A DNA stretch of 63,446 bases, filler included. It is 5 parts of 5 records of this genome, joined end to end, with 100 filler letters (N's around TTAATTAATTAA, not from the genome) between each part and the next. Parts side by side here need not be neighbours in the genome. Positions count along the whole stretch, not along the records: positions 37,077 to 46,509 come from SRR31156797_5731; positions 46,610 to 56,823 come from SRR31156797_5732; 3 more parts are not named here. One strand, written 5' to 3'. Below, piece by piece: positions 40,561-50,570 of this stretch (the stretch's first letter is position 1; every line of letters starts with the position of its first letter). The translations under genes and the position numbers were made by a program. The notes beneath the pieces were generated by a model. It saw only the letters and a list, made by a program, of their open reading frames with translations. It was not told the DNA's origin and did not search any database.

Positions 40561-42147
40561 TCATTTTAGAATTTGTGATTTTTCGTGAAATTCATAAATC
40601 GACATACTCTTCTGTTCAAATCCCAAATCCAGGTTCTTTGATTTGGCCATGGCGTAATAGCGGGTGAACAGCGGGAAAGACACGCAATCTTTCTTGATCT
40701 GCTGCTGCGCCCGGGTCCACAACGCTTTCTGCTTTTCCACATCCAGTTCAAACCTGGCGTCGTCGATTAATTTGTCCACGCCGGGAAGGGCTTCGCCATA
40801 ATGAGAAAAATTGATGATGGCGGAAGGTTTGCCCACTATGGATTCCGAATGATAAAACTGGGTCAGGTAGATATTGCCTGTCAGCGGATATCTGAACGCC
40901 CCGTAAATAACCACCGGGTTGGCGTCTTTCCTGATCAATTTATGATAGGTGGGGTGATCGACGACATTCAGTTCCAGCTTTACCCCGATTTTTTTCCACA
41001 TTTCCTGGATAACCTGCATGGGCGGCAGGTAAATATTTGAATTGGAAATATTCATGGAAAGTGAAAATCCATCGGCCAGTCCTGCTTCCGCCAGCAGCTT
41101 TTTGGCCTTGTCGGCATCATAGTCGTATTTAACTACATCGCCGGTATGACCGACATAACCGGACGGCAGCGGGCTGATTTCAGGCTTGGCCACATCCTTG
41201 CCCAAATACTGTATCAATATTTTTCTATCAATTGCATGACACAGAGCCTGGCGGACCTTTATGTTGTCCAGGGGTTTTTTGGTCAGGTTGAAGTGCAGAA
41301 CGAAACAGTTTGCCGGTGAAGTCAGGTTGACGTCAAAGCCTGCTTTTCTGAGCCGGTCTATCCACTGCTGTTTGGCGGGTATGTTTATGGCGTCCACTTC
41401 ATTATTCCTCAGGGCGAGTTCCCTGGTGGAATTATCCGGAATAAAGGAAACCAGCACTTTTTTCAGGATCGGCTTGCCCCGCCAGTAGGTTTCATTAGGC
41501 GTTAAAACTATACTCTCTCTCGGTTTGTACTTATCGAAAACAAACGGGCCGGTGCCTATGGGCGTCAGTTTCATATCCTTGCCCAGTTTTTCGAAAGCTT
41601 TTTTACAAACCACGAATCCGGCCTGGTACCCGACCATCAGGGCCGGCAAGTCGGGAACAGGTTGTTTTGTTTTTACCTGGACAGTGTATTTGTCCTTAAC
41701 GATCACCTGGTCCACGGCCATGATGTTTTTCCTGAACGGCGATCCTGTTTCCTTGTTAAGAACCCGCTCCAGGGAAAACTTGACATCATCAGCCGTGAAC
41801 TCGCCAAAGTCGCGATGCCACATGACCCCCTTGCGCAAATTGAAAGTCCAGGTCAACTTATCGTCTTCAACATTCCAGCTTTCGGCCAGTGACGGTTCAA
41901 TCCTGGAAATGTCCATGACTCCGTCGGGAAAACGAACCAGGGATTCGTATATCATTCTGATAACAGGCACCTCGCCGATTTTCACGGCAAAATGCGGGTC
42001 CAGGGTTCCGACGTCGTTCACGCCGACGGCAAGCCTGGCGATCTGGTCGTCCGCCGCTCCCGCGGATTGCACGCCCAAGGGGCCGCACATAAGCATTAAA
42101 AGGAGAAAAATTGATAAAATAACCGGTTTAACTAAAAATCGCTTCAT
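40561..42147 (-). CDS. Family 5 ABC substrate-binding protein
   Basis: Signal peptide, TLDP, LAESW, WTFNLRKGV, FTADDVKFS, PIGTGPF. Confidence 0.93.
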   Translation of the reverse strand: MKRFLVKPVILSIFLLLMLMCGPLGVQSAGAADDQIARLAVGVNDVGTLDPHFAVKIGEVPVIRMIYESLVRFPDGVMDISRIEPSLAESWNVEDDKLTWTFNLRKGVMWHRDFGEFTADDVKFSLERVLNKETGSPFRKNIMAVDQVIVKDKYTVQVKTKQPVPDLPALMVGYQAGFVVCKKAFEKLGKDMKLTPIGTGPFVFDKYKPRESIVLTPNETYWRGKPILKKVLVSFIPDNSTRELALRNNEVDAINIPAKQQWIDRLRKAGFDVNLTSPANCFVLHFNLTKKPLDNIKVRQALCHAIDRKILIQYLGKDVAKPEISPLPSGYVGHTGDVVKYDYDADKAKKLLAEAGLADGFSLSMNISNSNIYLPPMQVIQEMWKKIGVKLELNVVDHPTYHKLIRKDANPVVIYGAFRYPLTGNIYLTQFYHSESIVGKPSAIINFSHYGEALPGVDKLIDDARFELDVEKQKALWTRAQQQIKKDCVSFPLFTRYYAMAKSKNLDLGFEQKSMSIYEFHEKSQILK

Positions 42148-42165
42148 AAAACACCTCCTTGATTA

Positions 42166-43149
42166 TTATGAAATATCATTGACCGGGTAATGGCAGGCGA
42201 CAGAACGCCCGGCGCCTGAAACCTTGAGTTCCGGCTCCAAATCCTTGCACATTTCGCCGCAATTCGGACAGCGGGGATGAAAAGAACAGCCCGGCGGCGG
42301 GTCAAGCGGCGAAGGCACGTCTCCCTGAAGAACAATCCTGCTCTTCTTTTGGAGCGGATTGGCGGACGGCGCCGCTGATAACAATATCCGCGTGTACGGA
42401 TGCAGCGGTTTTGAATAAAGCTCCTCAGCCGGCGCCGATTCAACCACTTTACCCAAATACATGACCGCCACCCTGTTGCACAAATGGCGCACCACGCTTA
42501 GATCGTGGGAAATAAAAACATAAGTCAACTTAAATTCATTTTGCAGCGAAACAAGCAGATTAAGCACCTGGGCCTGTATGGAGACATCCAGGGCCGAAAC
42601 GGGTTCGTCCGCGATAACCAGTTTCGGATTCAGGGCCAACGCCCGGGCGATGCATATCCTTTGACGCTGCCCGCCGCTGAATTCATGGGGATAGCGATTA
42701 ATGTAATCAGGAACCAGCCCCACGATCGACATCAATTCCCTGGCCTTTTCAATACGTTCTTTCGGCGATAAAAGCCCCTGGACGATGAAAGCCTCGGAAA
42801 TTGTCTGTCGTATTGTTTTACGGGGATTCAAGGAAGAATACGGATCCTGAAATATAATCTGCATATCGCGACGAATGTCGCGCATGGATTTTTTATCCAG
42901 ATTTTGAATTTCCCGACCTTCAAATTCTATACTGCCGGCGGTCGGCTCTTCCAGCCGTAGAATGCATCGGCCCAAGGTTGTTTTCCCGCACCCGGATTCC
43001 CCTACCAAACCCAGGGTCTCCCCCCGGCTGACGGTTAAATCAACACCGTCCACTGCTTTAACCTGTCCGCTCGCGCTCCTGATAAATCCGCCGCCGACGG
43101 GAAAATATTTTTTTAAGCCTTTTACGACCAGTAAATCATTCGTTTGCAT
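42166..43149 (-). CDS. ABC ATPase (DppF/OppF-like)
   Basis: [20 protein letters not shown]-terminal Cys cluster. Confidence 0.95.
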   Translation of the reverse strand: MQTNDLLVVKGLKKYFPVGGGFIRSASGQVKAVDGVDLTVSRGETLGLVGESGCGKTTLGRCILRLEEPTAGSIEFEGREIQNLDKKSMRDIRRDMQIIFQDPYSSLNPRKTIRQTISEAFIVQGLLSPKERIEKARELMSIVGLVPDYINRYPHEFSGGQRQRICIARALALNPKLVIADEPVSALDVSIQAQVLNLLVSLQNEFKLTYVFISHDLSVVRHLCNRVAVMYLGKVVESAPAEELYSKPLHPYTRILLSAAPSANPLQKKSRIVLQGDVPSPLDPPPGCSFHPRCPNCGEMCKDLEPELKVSGAGRSVACHYPVNDIS

Positions 43150-44119
43150 AAAGCCAACACTTTGCCTTGTGATCGGAACCGAAATCAAACATGAGCGGTT
43201 CTTCCTTGTAACAACGGTCCATAACCATAGGGCACCGCCCCTGGAACGAACAGCCGGCCGGCAGTTCGGCCAGGCTGGGGACCATGCCCTTTATCGTTTT
43301 CAACATCCTGTCCGCGGGCGCCGGCGTCTCAATATCCGGAATAGAAGCCATCAAGCCATTTGTATAAGGGTGTTTGGGACGAAGAAAAAGATCCTTTACT
43401 TCCGCATATTCAACAATCTTCCCGGCGTACATCACGGCCACCCATTGGGCTGTTTCCGCAACCACGCCCAGGTCGTGGGTTATCAGCAGAATCGAGGCCC
43501 CGAATGATTGCTTGAGATCATTCATCAAGTCGAGAATCTGCCCTTGAATTGTTACATCCAACGCCGTTGTAGGCTCGTCCGCGATTATCAGCCGGGGGTT
43601 GCAGGCCAGGGCCATGGCGATCATGATCCTTTGCCGCATGCCGCCGCTTAACTGGTGCGGGTATTCACCCGCCCTTCGCACGGGATCGGGAATTCCAACC
43701 CTGTTCAGCATTTCAACCGCCCGATCCATGGCCTGTCGCCTGGACGAAGCTTGATGTATACGCACGACCTCGGCTATCTGGTCGCCTACTTTGAACACCG
43801 GATTCAAGGATGTCATGGGTTCCTGGAAAATCATGGATATTTGATTTCCACGAACGTGACGCATCTCTTCCTGACTTAATGCAACCAGGTTTTTATTATC
43901 GAAAAGGATCTTCCCCTGAACTATTTTGCCCGGAGGTTCGGGTATCAGTCCCATAATTGACAATGCGGTCACGCTTTTCCCGCATCCGGATTCCCCCACG
44001 ATGCAGAGCGTTTCACCTTTACGAACAGTAAAATCAATCCCGCCGACCGATTTTACTATCCCGTCGTTTGTATAAAAATAGGTATGCAGGTCTTCGACCT
44101 GTAGTAAAACATCGTTCAT
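43136..44119 (-). CDS. ABC ATPase (DppD/OppD-like)
   Basis: [24 protein letters not shown]. Confidence 0.95.
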   Translation of the reverse strand: MNDVLLQVEDLHTYFYTNDGIVKSVGGIDFTVRKGETLCIVGESGCGKSVTALSIMGLIPEPPGKIVQGKILFDNKNLVALSQEEMRHVRGNQISMIFQEPMTSLNPVFKVGDQIAEVVRIHQASSRRQAMDRAVEMLNRVGIPDPVRRAGEYPHQLSGGMRQRIMIAMALACNPRLIIADEPTTALDVTIQGQILDLMNDLKQSFGASILLITHDLGVVAETAQWVAVMYAGKIVEYAEVKDLFLRPKHPYTNGLMASIPDIETPAPADRMLKTIKGMVPSLAELPAGCSFQGRCPMVMDRCYKEEPLMFDFGSDHKAKCWLYANE

Positions 44120-44178
44120 ATTAAGCCTGTCATGGGATTCCGCCGCTCCGAGCTATATAAATTCATGATAGCGCCTAC

Positions 44179-44952
44179 TCATAACGGCAGTTCCAATTCC
44201 TCGATCACTCGCTTATAGTGTTCAATTCTCGATTCCATGGTCACGGTTCGGTTTATATGCAACTCAGCCAGGTAATAGAAATGCTCAGCCATCAGTTCCC
44301 GGGAACCTTCCGTGCCGCTTTTATAAATATTATTGAAAAACAGCACGTTAAAGTAAAAATCGCCCCAGGAATTCAAAAGCGGTATCGGGCGTTGGGACTG
44401 TAATTCCCAAGTGATTTCTATAACCGCATCCATGGACGAGCTTATCAACCGGTTATGGGTTGCATTGGCCATGAGACGGTGAAAATTTATTTGCTCGGCC
44501 CTTTCCGGGGCCTCTTTTTCAAGGGCGTCCCTGGTCAACTTCAGGTTTGCCAGCATTATTTCAAGATCTTCATCAGTCCTGTTCCGGCAGGCCAGATCCA
44601 GGACCACCGGTTCAATGCTCTGCCTATATTCAATGACTTCTTCTATGGTCAAACCGCCGGTCCGGTATGAATCCACGACAACCTCGAGAATCCTGGTCGT
44701 ATCCGCCCGGGATACAAAGTTGCCGCCCATGGCGCCCCGCCTGGTTTCAAGCAGTCCTTCCGATTTCAGCATGCTCAATGCTTCCCGCACAGAAGTTCTG
44801 CTGACGTTGAACCTGGCCGCAATCTTTTCTTCCGACGGTAGTTTTTCGCCCGGTTTTATGCGGCTTTCCAGTATCGCGGTCCTGAGGGCTTCACATACCT
44901 GTTCCGGCAGACTGGTTTGCCTGATGGATTTACCATTAAATATATCGCTCAT
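44179..44952 (-). CDS. GntR/FadR-family transcriptional regulator
   Basis: PGEKLPSE..VSRTSVREAL HTH plus FCD domain; start reset to MSDIFNG. Confidence 0.92.
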   Translation of the reverse strand: MSDIFNGKSIRQTSLPEQVCEALRTAILESRIKPGEKLPSEEKIAARFNVSRTSVREALSMLKSEGLLETRRGAMGGNFVSRADTTRILEVVVDSYRTGGLTIEEVIEYRQSIEPVVLDLACRNRTDEDLEIMLANLKLTRDALEKEAPERAEQINFHRLMANATHNRLISSSMDAVIEITWELQSQRPIPLLNSWGDFYFNVLFFNNIYKSGTEGSRELMAEHFYYLAELHINRTVTMESRIEHYKRVIEELELPL

Positions 44953-44958
44953 AATGAC

Positions 44959-45010
44959 TTTTAATTGTCTGACGTCAGACAATTAAAATGCAATTTTCGA
45001 TTTTTGTCAA
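44959..45010 (-). promoter_or_regulatory. sigma70 promoter overlapped by a 30-bp perfect palindromic operator
   Basis: Minus strand TTGACA (45010-45005), 17 bp, TTTAAT (44987-44982); palindrome TTTTAATTGTCTGACGTCAGACAATTAAAA at 44959-44988. Confidence 0.8.
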
Positions 45011-45245
45011 CATATTTAAGATAAATTGTGAAATTTTAATCCGACACATAGGCCTTCAACACCACTGACATAAAATTGCTATTGTCAATAGATTTAATAC
45101 GTTATTTGCAATGGAGCTCGCAATTTTCGCCAGGGATTCTTTTGAGGCGATCCCGACATATTTTTTTCCACATATAGTGCACATGTGATATGGATTTATA
45201 ATATAAAGACTTAATATGGGCGGACGCCGCCCATAGGAGCGGGTT

Positions 45246-46509
45246 TTGAAAAAAAACGACTATCTCTCTATTGAAATAAGGTTTCAGGCTGACCTGCTAA
45301 ATCTGGCCGCCCCATTGGCCGGAAAGGGAATTGTAGTCGCTTTTTCCGGGGGTCCCGATTCCACGGCGCTGCTGCACCTGCTGGCAGAGCTTAAAAATAG
45401 ATATGAATTTAAGCTGTTTGCAGCCCATCTGAACCATGGTTTAAGGGGCGAGGAAGCGGAGCGGGACCTTTTGGCATCAAGAAAAGAAGCTGAAAGATTA
45501 AATATTGAATTTTACTGTGAAATGGTGGATTGCCGGGCCAAGGCCCAAAAGGAAGGCCTGTCATTGGAAGAAGCCTGTCGGGAGGCCAGGTATGATTTTC
45601 TGGAAAAGGTAAGAATAAAAACCGGTTCCAGCTATATTGCCGTCGGCCACAATGCGGACGACAATGCGGAAGCTTTTTTGCTCAACCTGCTTCGAGGCGC
45701 CGGCCCCCAGGGGCTTTCCGGCATCCCGCCTCAGCGAGGGACAATAATCAGGTCTATTTTGAATTTCCATCGTCACGAAATCATAAATTATCTTAACGCC
45801 CGGAACCTGACCTGGGTTGAGGACAGCACAAACGAAGATGTAAACTTTTTAAGGAACAGGGTTCGCCGCGAACTTCTTCCTCAATTGGAAAAAGACTTCA
45901 ACCCATCAATAAAACAGGCCTTGATCAGGACGGCCGGTTTGATCCGGGAAGAAGAATTTGTCTGGGACAGGCTGGTTGATGATGTAAAGACCGATGTTAA
46001 TTGGGATTCCGATCATGGAACAGTGTGCATGGACCTGCCCCCCCTAAGGGACGTTGAAAGAGCCCTGGCCAGACGCCTCATCCGGGCGGCGGTTCATCAA
46101 ACCCGAGGGACCACGAGGTCCTTAACTTTGGAACATGTTGATTCTATAATAGAAATAGTCCAATGCGGGCAAGGAGGCCTGGATCTGCCCGCCGGAACCA
46201 GGGCCTGGGCGGAAAGCGGGCTGCTTTATATCGGACAACCGCCGCCTGAAGCCCGCCTGGAATACGAATACGAGATCCCCACGCCCGGCGCCGTCGTCAT
46301 AAAAGAATTGGGAATCAGGCTGATAACCGAACTTGTTTCTCCAATGGATATTGACGTAAGAACTCTTGAAAAAAACAAGGCTGCAGTTGATAAAGACCTG
46401 ATATCATTTCCATTAAAGGTCAGAAATCTCCACAGGGGCGATCGTTTTCAGCCGCTTGGGATGGAAGGGACCAAAAAACTCTCGGATTTTTACATAGATG
46501 CCAAAATAT
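45246..46509 (+). CDS. tilS: tRNA(Ile)-lysidine synthetase, 3' truncated
   Basis: SGGPDS, HLNHGLRG, CREARY, GHNADDNAE, GDRFQPLGM..KKLSD. Confidence 0.95.
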
Positions 46510-46609
46510 NNNNNNNNNNNNNNNNNNNNNNNNNNNNNNNNNNNNNNNNNNNNTTAATTAATTAANNNNNNNNNNNNNNNNNNNNNNNNNNNNNNNNNNN
46601 NNNNNNNNN
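46510..46609. other. Artificial contig linker
   Basis: 44 N + TTAATTAATTAA + 44 N. Confidence 0.99.
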
Positions 46610-48673
46610 CTGGTCGATGTGGATCACCTTGTCCAGGTGTTTCAGCCCTGACACGCCCGTGTGCTTGCCTGCGGGCATCCGTGAGTTGTAGAGGCGGTTG
46701 GAGAGCAGCCGGTACAGGGTGGTGAGCACCAGGGTGGATTTTCCCGAACCCGACACCCCGGTGACGCAGGTGAGGCATCCCAGGGGAAACGAGACATCGA
46801 TGTTTTTCAGGTTGTTGGTGGAGGCGCCGGTGATGGTGAGGCTGGCATCCTTTCCCTTGCGACGGTGTTTCGGGATCTCGATGCGCTTTCTGCCGGAAAG
46901 GTAGTCCCCGGTGAGGGAGCCGGTGCTCTCCAGAAGCTCCTTTGGGGTGCCGGAGAAGACCACCTCACCGCCCTTCATGCCGGCGCCGGGCCCCATGTCG
47001 ATGATGTGGTCGGAGCTGAGCATGGTGTCTTCGTCATGCTCCACCACAAGCACGCTGTTGCCGATGTCCCGCAGGTTCAAAAGGGTGTCCAGCAGCCGCT
47101 TGTTGTCCCGCTGGTGGAGACCGATGCTCGGTTCGTCCAGCACATAGAGCACACCGGTGAGCTTGGAGCCGATCTGGGTGGCAAGCCGTATGCGCTGGCT
47201 CTCCCCGCCGGACAGGGTGGCGGCGGACCGGTTCAGGGTGAGGTAGTCAAGCCCCACGCTTGTGAGAAATCCGAGCCGTGCCCGTATCTCCGCAATGATT
47301 CCCGTGGCGATGACGGCGTCCTTGCCCGTCAGCTGAATGGTCTCGAAAAAGTGCTCGGCCTTTTCTACCGAAAGGGCGGTGATCTCAAACAGGGTCCTGT
47401 CTCCCACCCGGACGGCGCTGGAGGCCTTGTTGAGCCGGGTGCCCTTGCACCTGGAGCAGGAGGTGAAGTTCATGTACTGCTTGATCTCTTCCCGGGACTG
47501 GTGGGAGTCGGTTTCGTGGTAACGCCGCTTCAGGTTGGGTATCACGCCCTCGAATTTCTTTTTGTAGGTGATGCGCCGTCCCCCTTTTTCAAAGTAGAAC
47601 GGGATCTCCTGCTTGCCGGACCCGGAAATGAGCACCTTCTGGAACCGGGCGGAGAGCTTGGAAAACGGGGTGTAGATATCTTCGTTATAGAAGGAGGTCA
47701 AGGCGTCCAGGAATTCGGCAAACTGCACCGAATCCCTGCCTGACCACGGGGCAATGGCCCCTTCCCGCAGGGAGAGTTCCGGGTTGGGGACGACCAGGTC
47801 CGGGTCGAACTCGGTCACGGTGCCGAGGCCGTCGCATTTGGGACAGGCCCCCTGGGGCGAGTTAAAGGAAAAACTGGCCGGCGCAAACTCCGGATAACTG
47901 ACCCCGCATTTCACGCAGGAGGAGCGTTCGCTGAAAAAGGTCTCCTGGTTGTCGTCCAGGCTCAGCACAATGACGACGCCGTTGGCAAGGGAGAGGGAGA
48001 GCTCCAGGGAGTCCGTGAGCCGTTTTTCAATACCGGATTTGACAATGAGCCGGTCCACCACCGCTTCGATCCGGTGCTTCACGGTTTTCTTCAATGGGGG
48101 CAACTCGTCGGTGGGATAGATCTCCCCGTCGATCCTTACCCGGGCAAAACCGTCGGTTTTCAGTTGTTTCAACGGCTTTTCATGGCTGCCCTTCTGATCG
48201 GAGACCAGGGGGGCGAGAAGGATGATCTTGGCGCCCTCGGGCAGGGCCATCACCCGGTCCGTGATCTGGTCCACGGTCATGGAAGTGATGGGAAGACCGC
48301 ATTTGTGGCAATAGGGTTTTCCTACCCGGGCAAAGAGCAGGCGCAGGTAGTCATAGATCTCGGTGACCGTTCCCACGGTGGACCTGGGGTTCTGGCTTGC
48401 GGTCTTCTGCTCGATGGAGATGGCGGGGGAGAGGCCGTCGATGAAATCCACATCCGGTTTTTCCATCTGGCCCAGGAACTGCCGGGCATAGGTTGACAGG
48501 GATTCCACATAGCGGCGCTGGCCTTCGGCGTAGAGGGTATCAAAGGCAAGGGTCGATTTGCCGGAGCCTGACAGGCCGGTGATGGTGACAAGCCGGTTCC
48601 TGGGGATCTCCACATCGATGTCCTTGAGATTGTGTTCCCTTGCGCCCTTGATGATGATTTTGTCTGTGGTCAT
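46610..48673 (-). CDS. uvrA: Excinuclease ABC subunit A, 3' truncated
   Basis: GAREHNLK, GLSGSGKS, EGQRRYVESLS, Zn fingers, LSGGESQRIRLA. Confidence 0.98.
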
Positions 48674-48693
48674 TGGTCGATACAACCCGCTTT

Positions 48694-49707
48694 TTAAGAT
48701 TGCTGTCTGCTGGTTTCTGCCTGGAGGGCGGCCATCCGGATCGCGGCAACCAGGCTCGACGGGTCCGCAACCCCTTTCCAGGCGATGTCATAGGCCGTGC
48801 CGTGGTCCACCGAGGTCCTGATGATGGGCAGTCCCAGGGTGGTGTTGACGCCGTCGCTGAAGTGGATCATCTTGAACGGAATGAGTCCCTGGTCATGGTA
48901 CATGCACACCACGGCGTCGAACTTGCCGTCTGCCGCATTGAAAAACAGGGTGTCCGGCGGGTAAGGGCCGGATACATTGAATTCTTCCTCCCTTGCCTGG
49001 TTCACGGCAGGGGTGATGATCTCCTCCTCCTCGGTGCCGAACATGGCATCTTCCCCGGCATGGGGATTGAGGCCTGCCACGGCGATCCTGGGGGCCTCGA
49101 TGCCGAACCGCCCGGTCAATGCATTCGAGGTGAGGCGGATGGTGGCGATGATCTCCTCCCGGCTCAATTGCCCGGGAACCTCGGCAAGGGGAATGTGGAT
49201 GGTCACAAGGACAACCTTGAGGCGATCCCCGGCCATCATCATGGCCACCTTGGGGGTGTTCGTCTGCTGGGCAATGAGTTCCGTATGGCCGTGGAATTCC
49301 GACTCCGCCAGTTTCATGGCGGTCTTGGTGATGGGGCAGGTGGCAATTGCCTGGATCCGGTTGTCCATGGCAAGGTCAACCCCCCGGGTGATGTAGTCGA
49401 TCATGGCCCGGCCGGTTTCCGGGGTTGGTTCTCCCGGAGTGAGCCCCTGGGAGTCAAGGTGGGACACGGGCATGAGGTCGATGGCGCCAAATGCGTACCG
49501 TCCGTCTTCCGGGGTGTCTGTCCGGTGGATCCCAAGGGTGCTTTTCTTGAGCGCCAGGGCACGCTCCATGACCGATTGATCCCCAAGGACCAGGGGACGG
49601 CACCTGTTGTACAGGTCCGGCTGCTCAAGGGCCGAAATAATGATTTCCGGTCCGATTCCAACGGGGTCCCCCATGGTGATGCCAATGACAGGACGTTTTG
49701 CGTTCAT
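48694..49707 (-). CDS. pdxA: 4-hydroxythreonine-4-phosphate dehydrogenase (PdxA family)
   Basis: ITMGDPVGIGPEI, GHTE, LNPHAGE, MYHDQG, RTSVDHGTA. Confidence 0.95.
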   Translation of the reverse strand: MNAKRPVIGITMGDPVGIGPEIIISALEQPDLYNRCRPLVLGDQSVMERALALKKSTLGIHRTDTPEDGRYAFGAIDLMPVSHLDSQGLTPGEPTPETGRAMIDYITRGVDLAMDNRIQAIATCPITKTAMKLAESEFHGHTELIAQQTNTPKVAMMMAGDRLKVVLVTIHIPLAEVPGQLSREEIIATIRLTSNALTGRFGIEAPRIAVAGLNPHAGEDAMFGTEEEEIITPAVNQAREEEFNVSGPYPPDTLFFNAADGKFDAVVCMYHDQGLIPFKMIHFSDGVNTTLGLPIIRTSVDHGTAYDIAWKGVADPSSLVAAIRMAALQAETSRQQS

Positions 49708-50570
49708 GGGCGTAATTCTCCTTAATCTTGCATTGTTGAAAATTTTGCCCGGCCCCCCTTGCTCAAACGGTGGTGATCATGCCCGGCCAATTATGCTTGA
49801 AAATCAGCTTTTCAGTATACTATCGGATAGGGTCTGTGTAAACAAAAAATCCATAATAGACCTATGTATTAAGGGGGTGTTGTTGGGTTGTGAAAAAATT
49901 TAAAGGGTTGTATTTCGTTTTTGACATAATTAGATGCTCTTTTTTATCCACTCCCTGGTCGGCCTGAATAGGGATGATTAACGGATCATTCGGCAGCTCC
50001 GGGTTCGAGGTCGACATGCCATCATGTGGTTCGGATATTGCACTGGACTATTCTTCAATCGAACTTCTCAAAGCTGAAATCAGGCGTAAAAAAATACAAC
50101 TGTTGTGGGACGGAAATGGAACACCATTGGAACGAAATAATCCATTGTGTGAAACCATTGAAAAACGATGTATCCTTGGGTGTTAACCTCGAAATGGTAA
50201 AAACAGGAGCTATGCAGAGAAAAACGGAGAAATATGGAGAAAAATATTTTCCAGGGTTTTTGGTTCCCCTTCGGGAATAGTGGATATTTCAAGGGAATAT
50301 AGCCCCTTAGGGAAGTTGTTGTAATTAAAGGTAAAAAACCTGTTTCACGAATTAAAACCCTGTAAAATCAACGGATAATCGTCAGTGTCGTGACAAATAT
50401 TAATTTTTTTTTAAACAAAGGGTTATCAGATTTGACTTGGAGCATGAGATGGAATAGAAGAGACTACATTTTTATTCGTTTTGAATTAGAGTAATGGCGT
50501 AACTGCCTGTGAATACACCCTTTTAGGGTATATATTAATGTTAAAGACAAACAAGAGAGATCGGAGTTCC

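Noticed and set aside
45246..46509. Second tilS as a gene duplication
   Set aside because: The two tilS genes are on different contigs from different lineages.
48673..49725. 350-aa plus-strand ORF, and similar ORFs at 46865-47743, 53909-54613 and 28384-29154
   Set aside because: Antisense shadows of pdxA, uvrA, hflX and arcA with no motifs; expected from codon bias.
49974..50292. Three short overlapping ORFs upstream of dnaA
   Set aside because: AT-rich, mutually overlapping, no recognisable motif; treated as intergenic.
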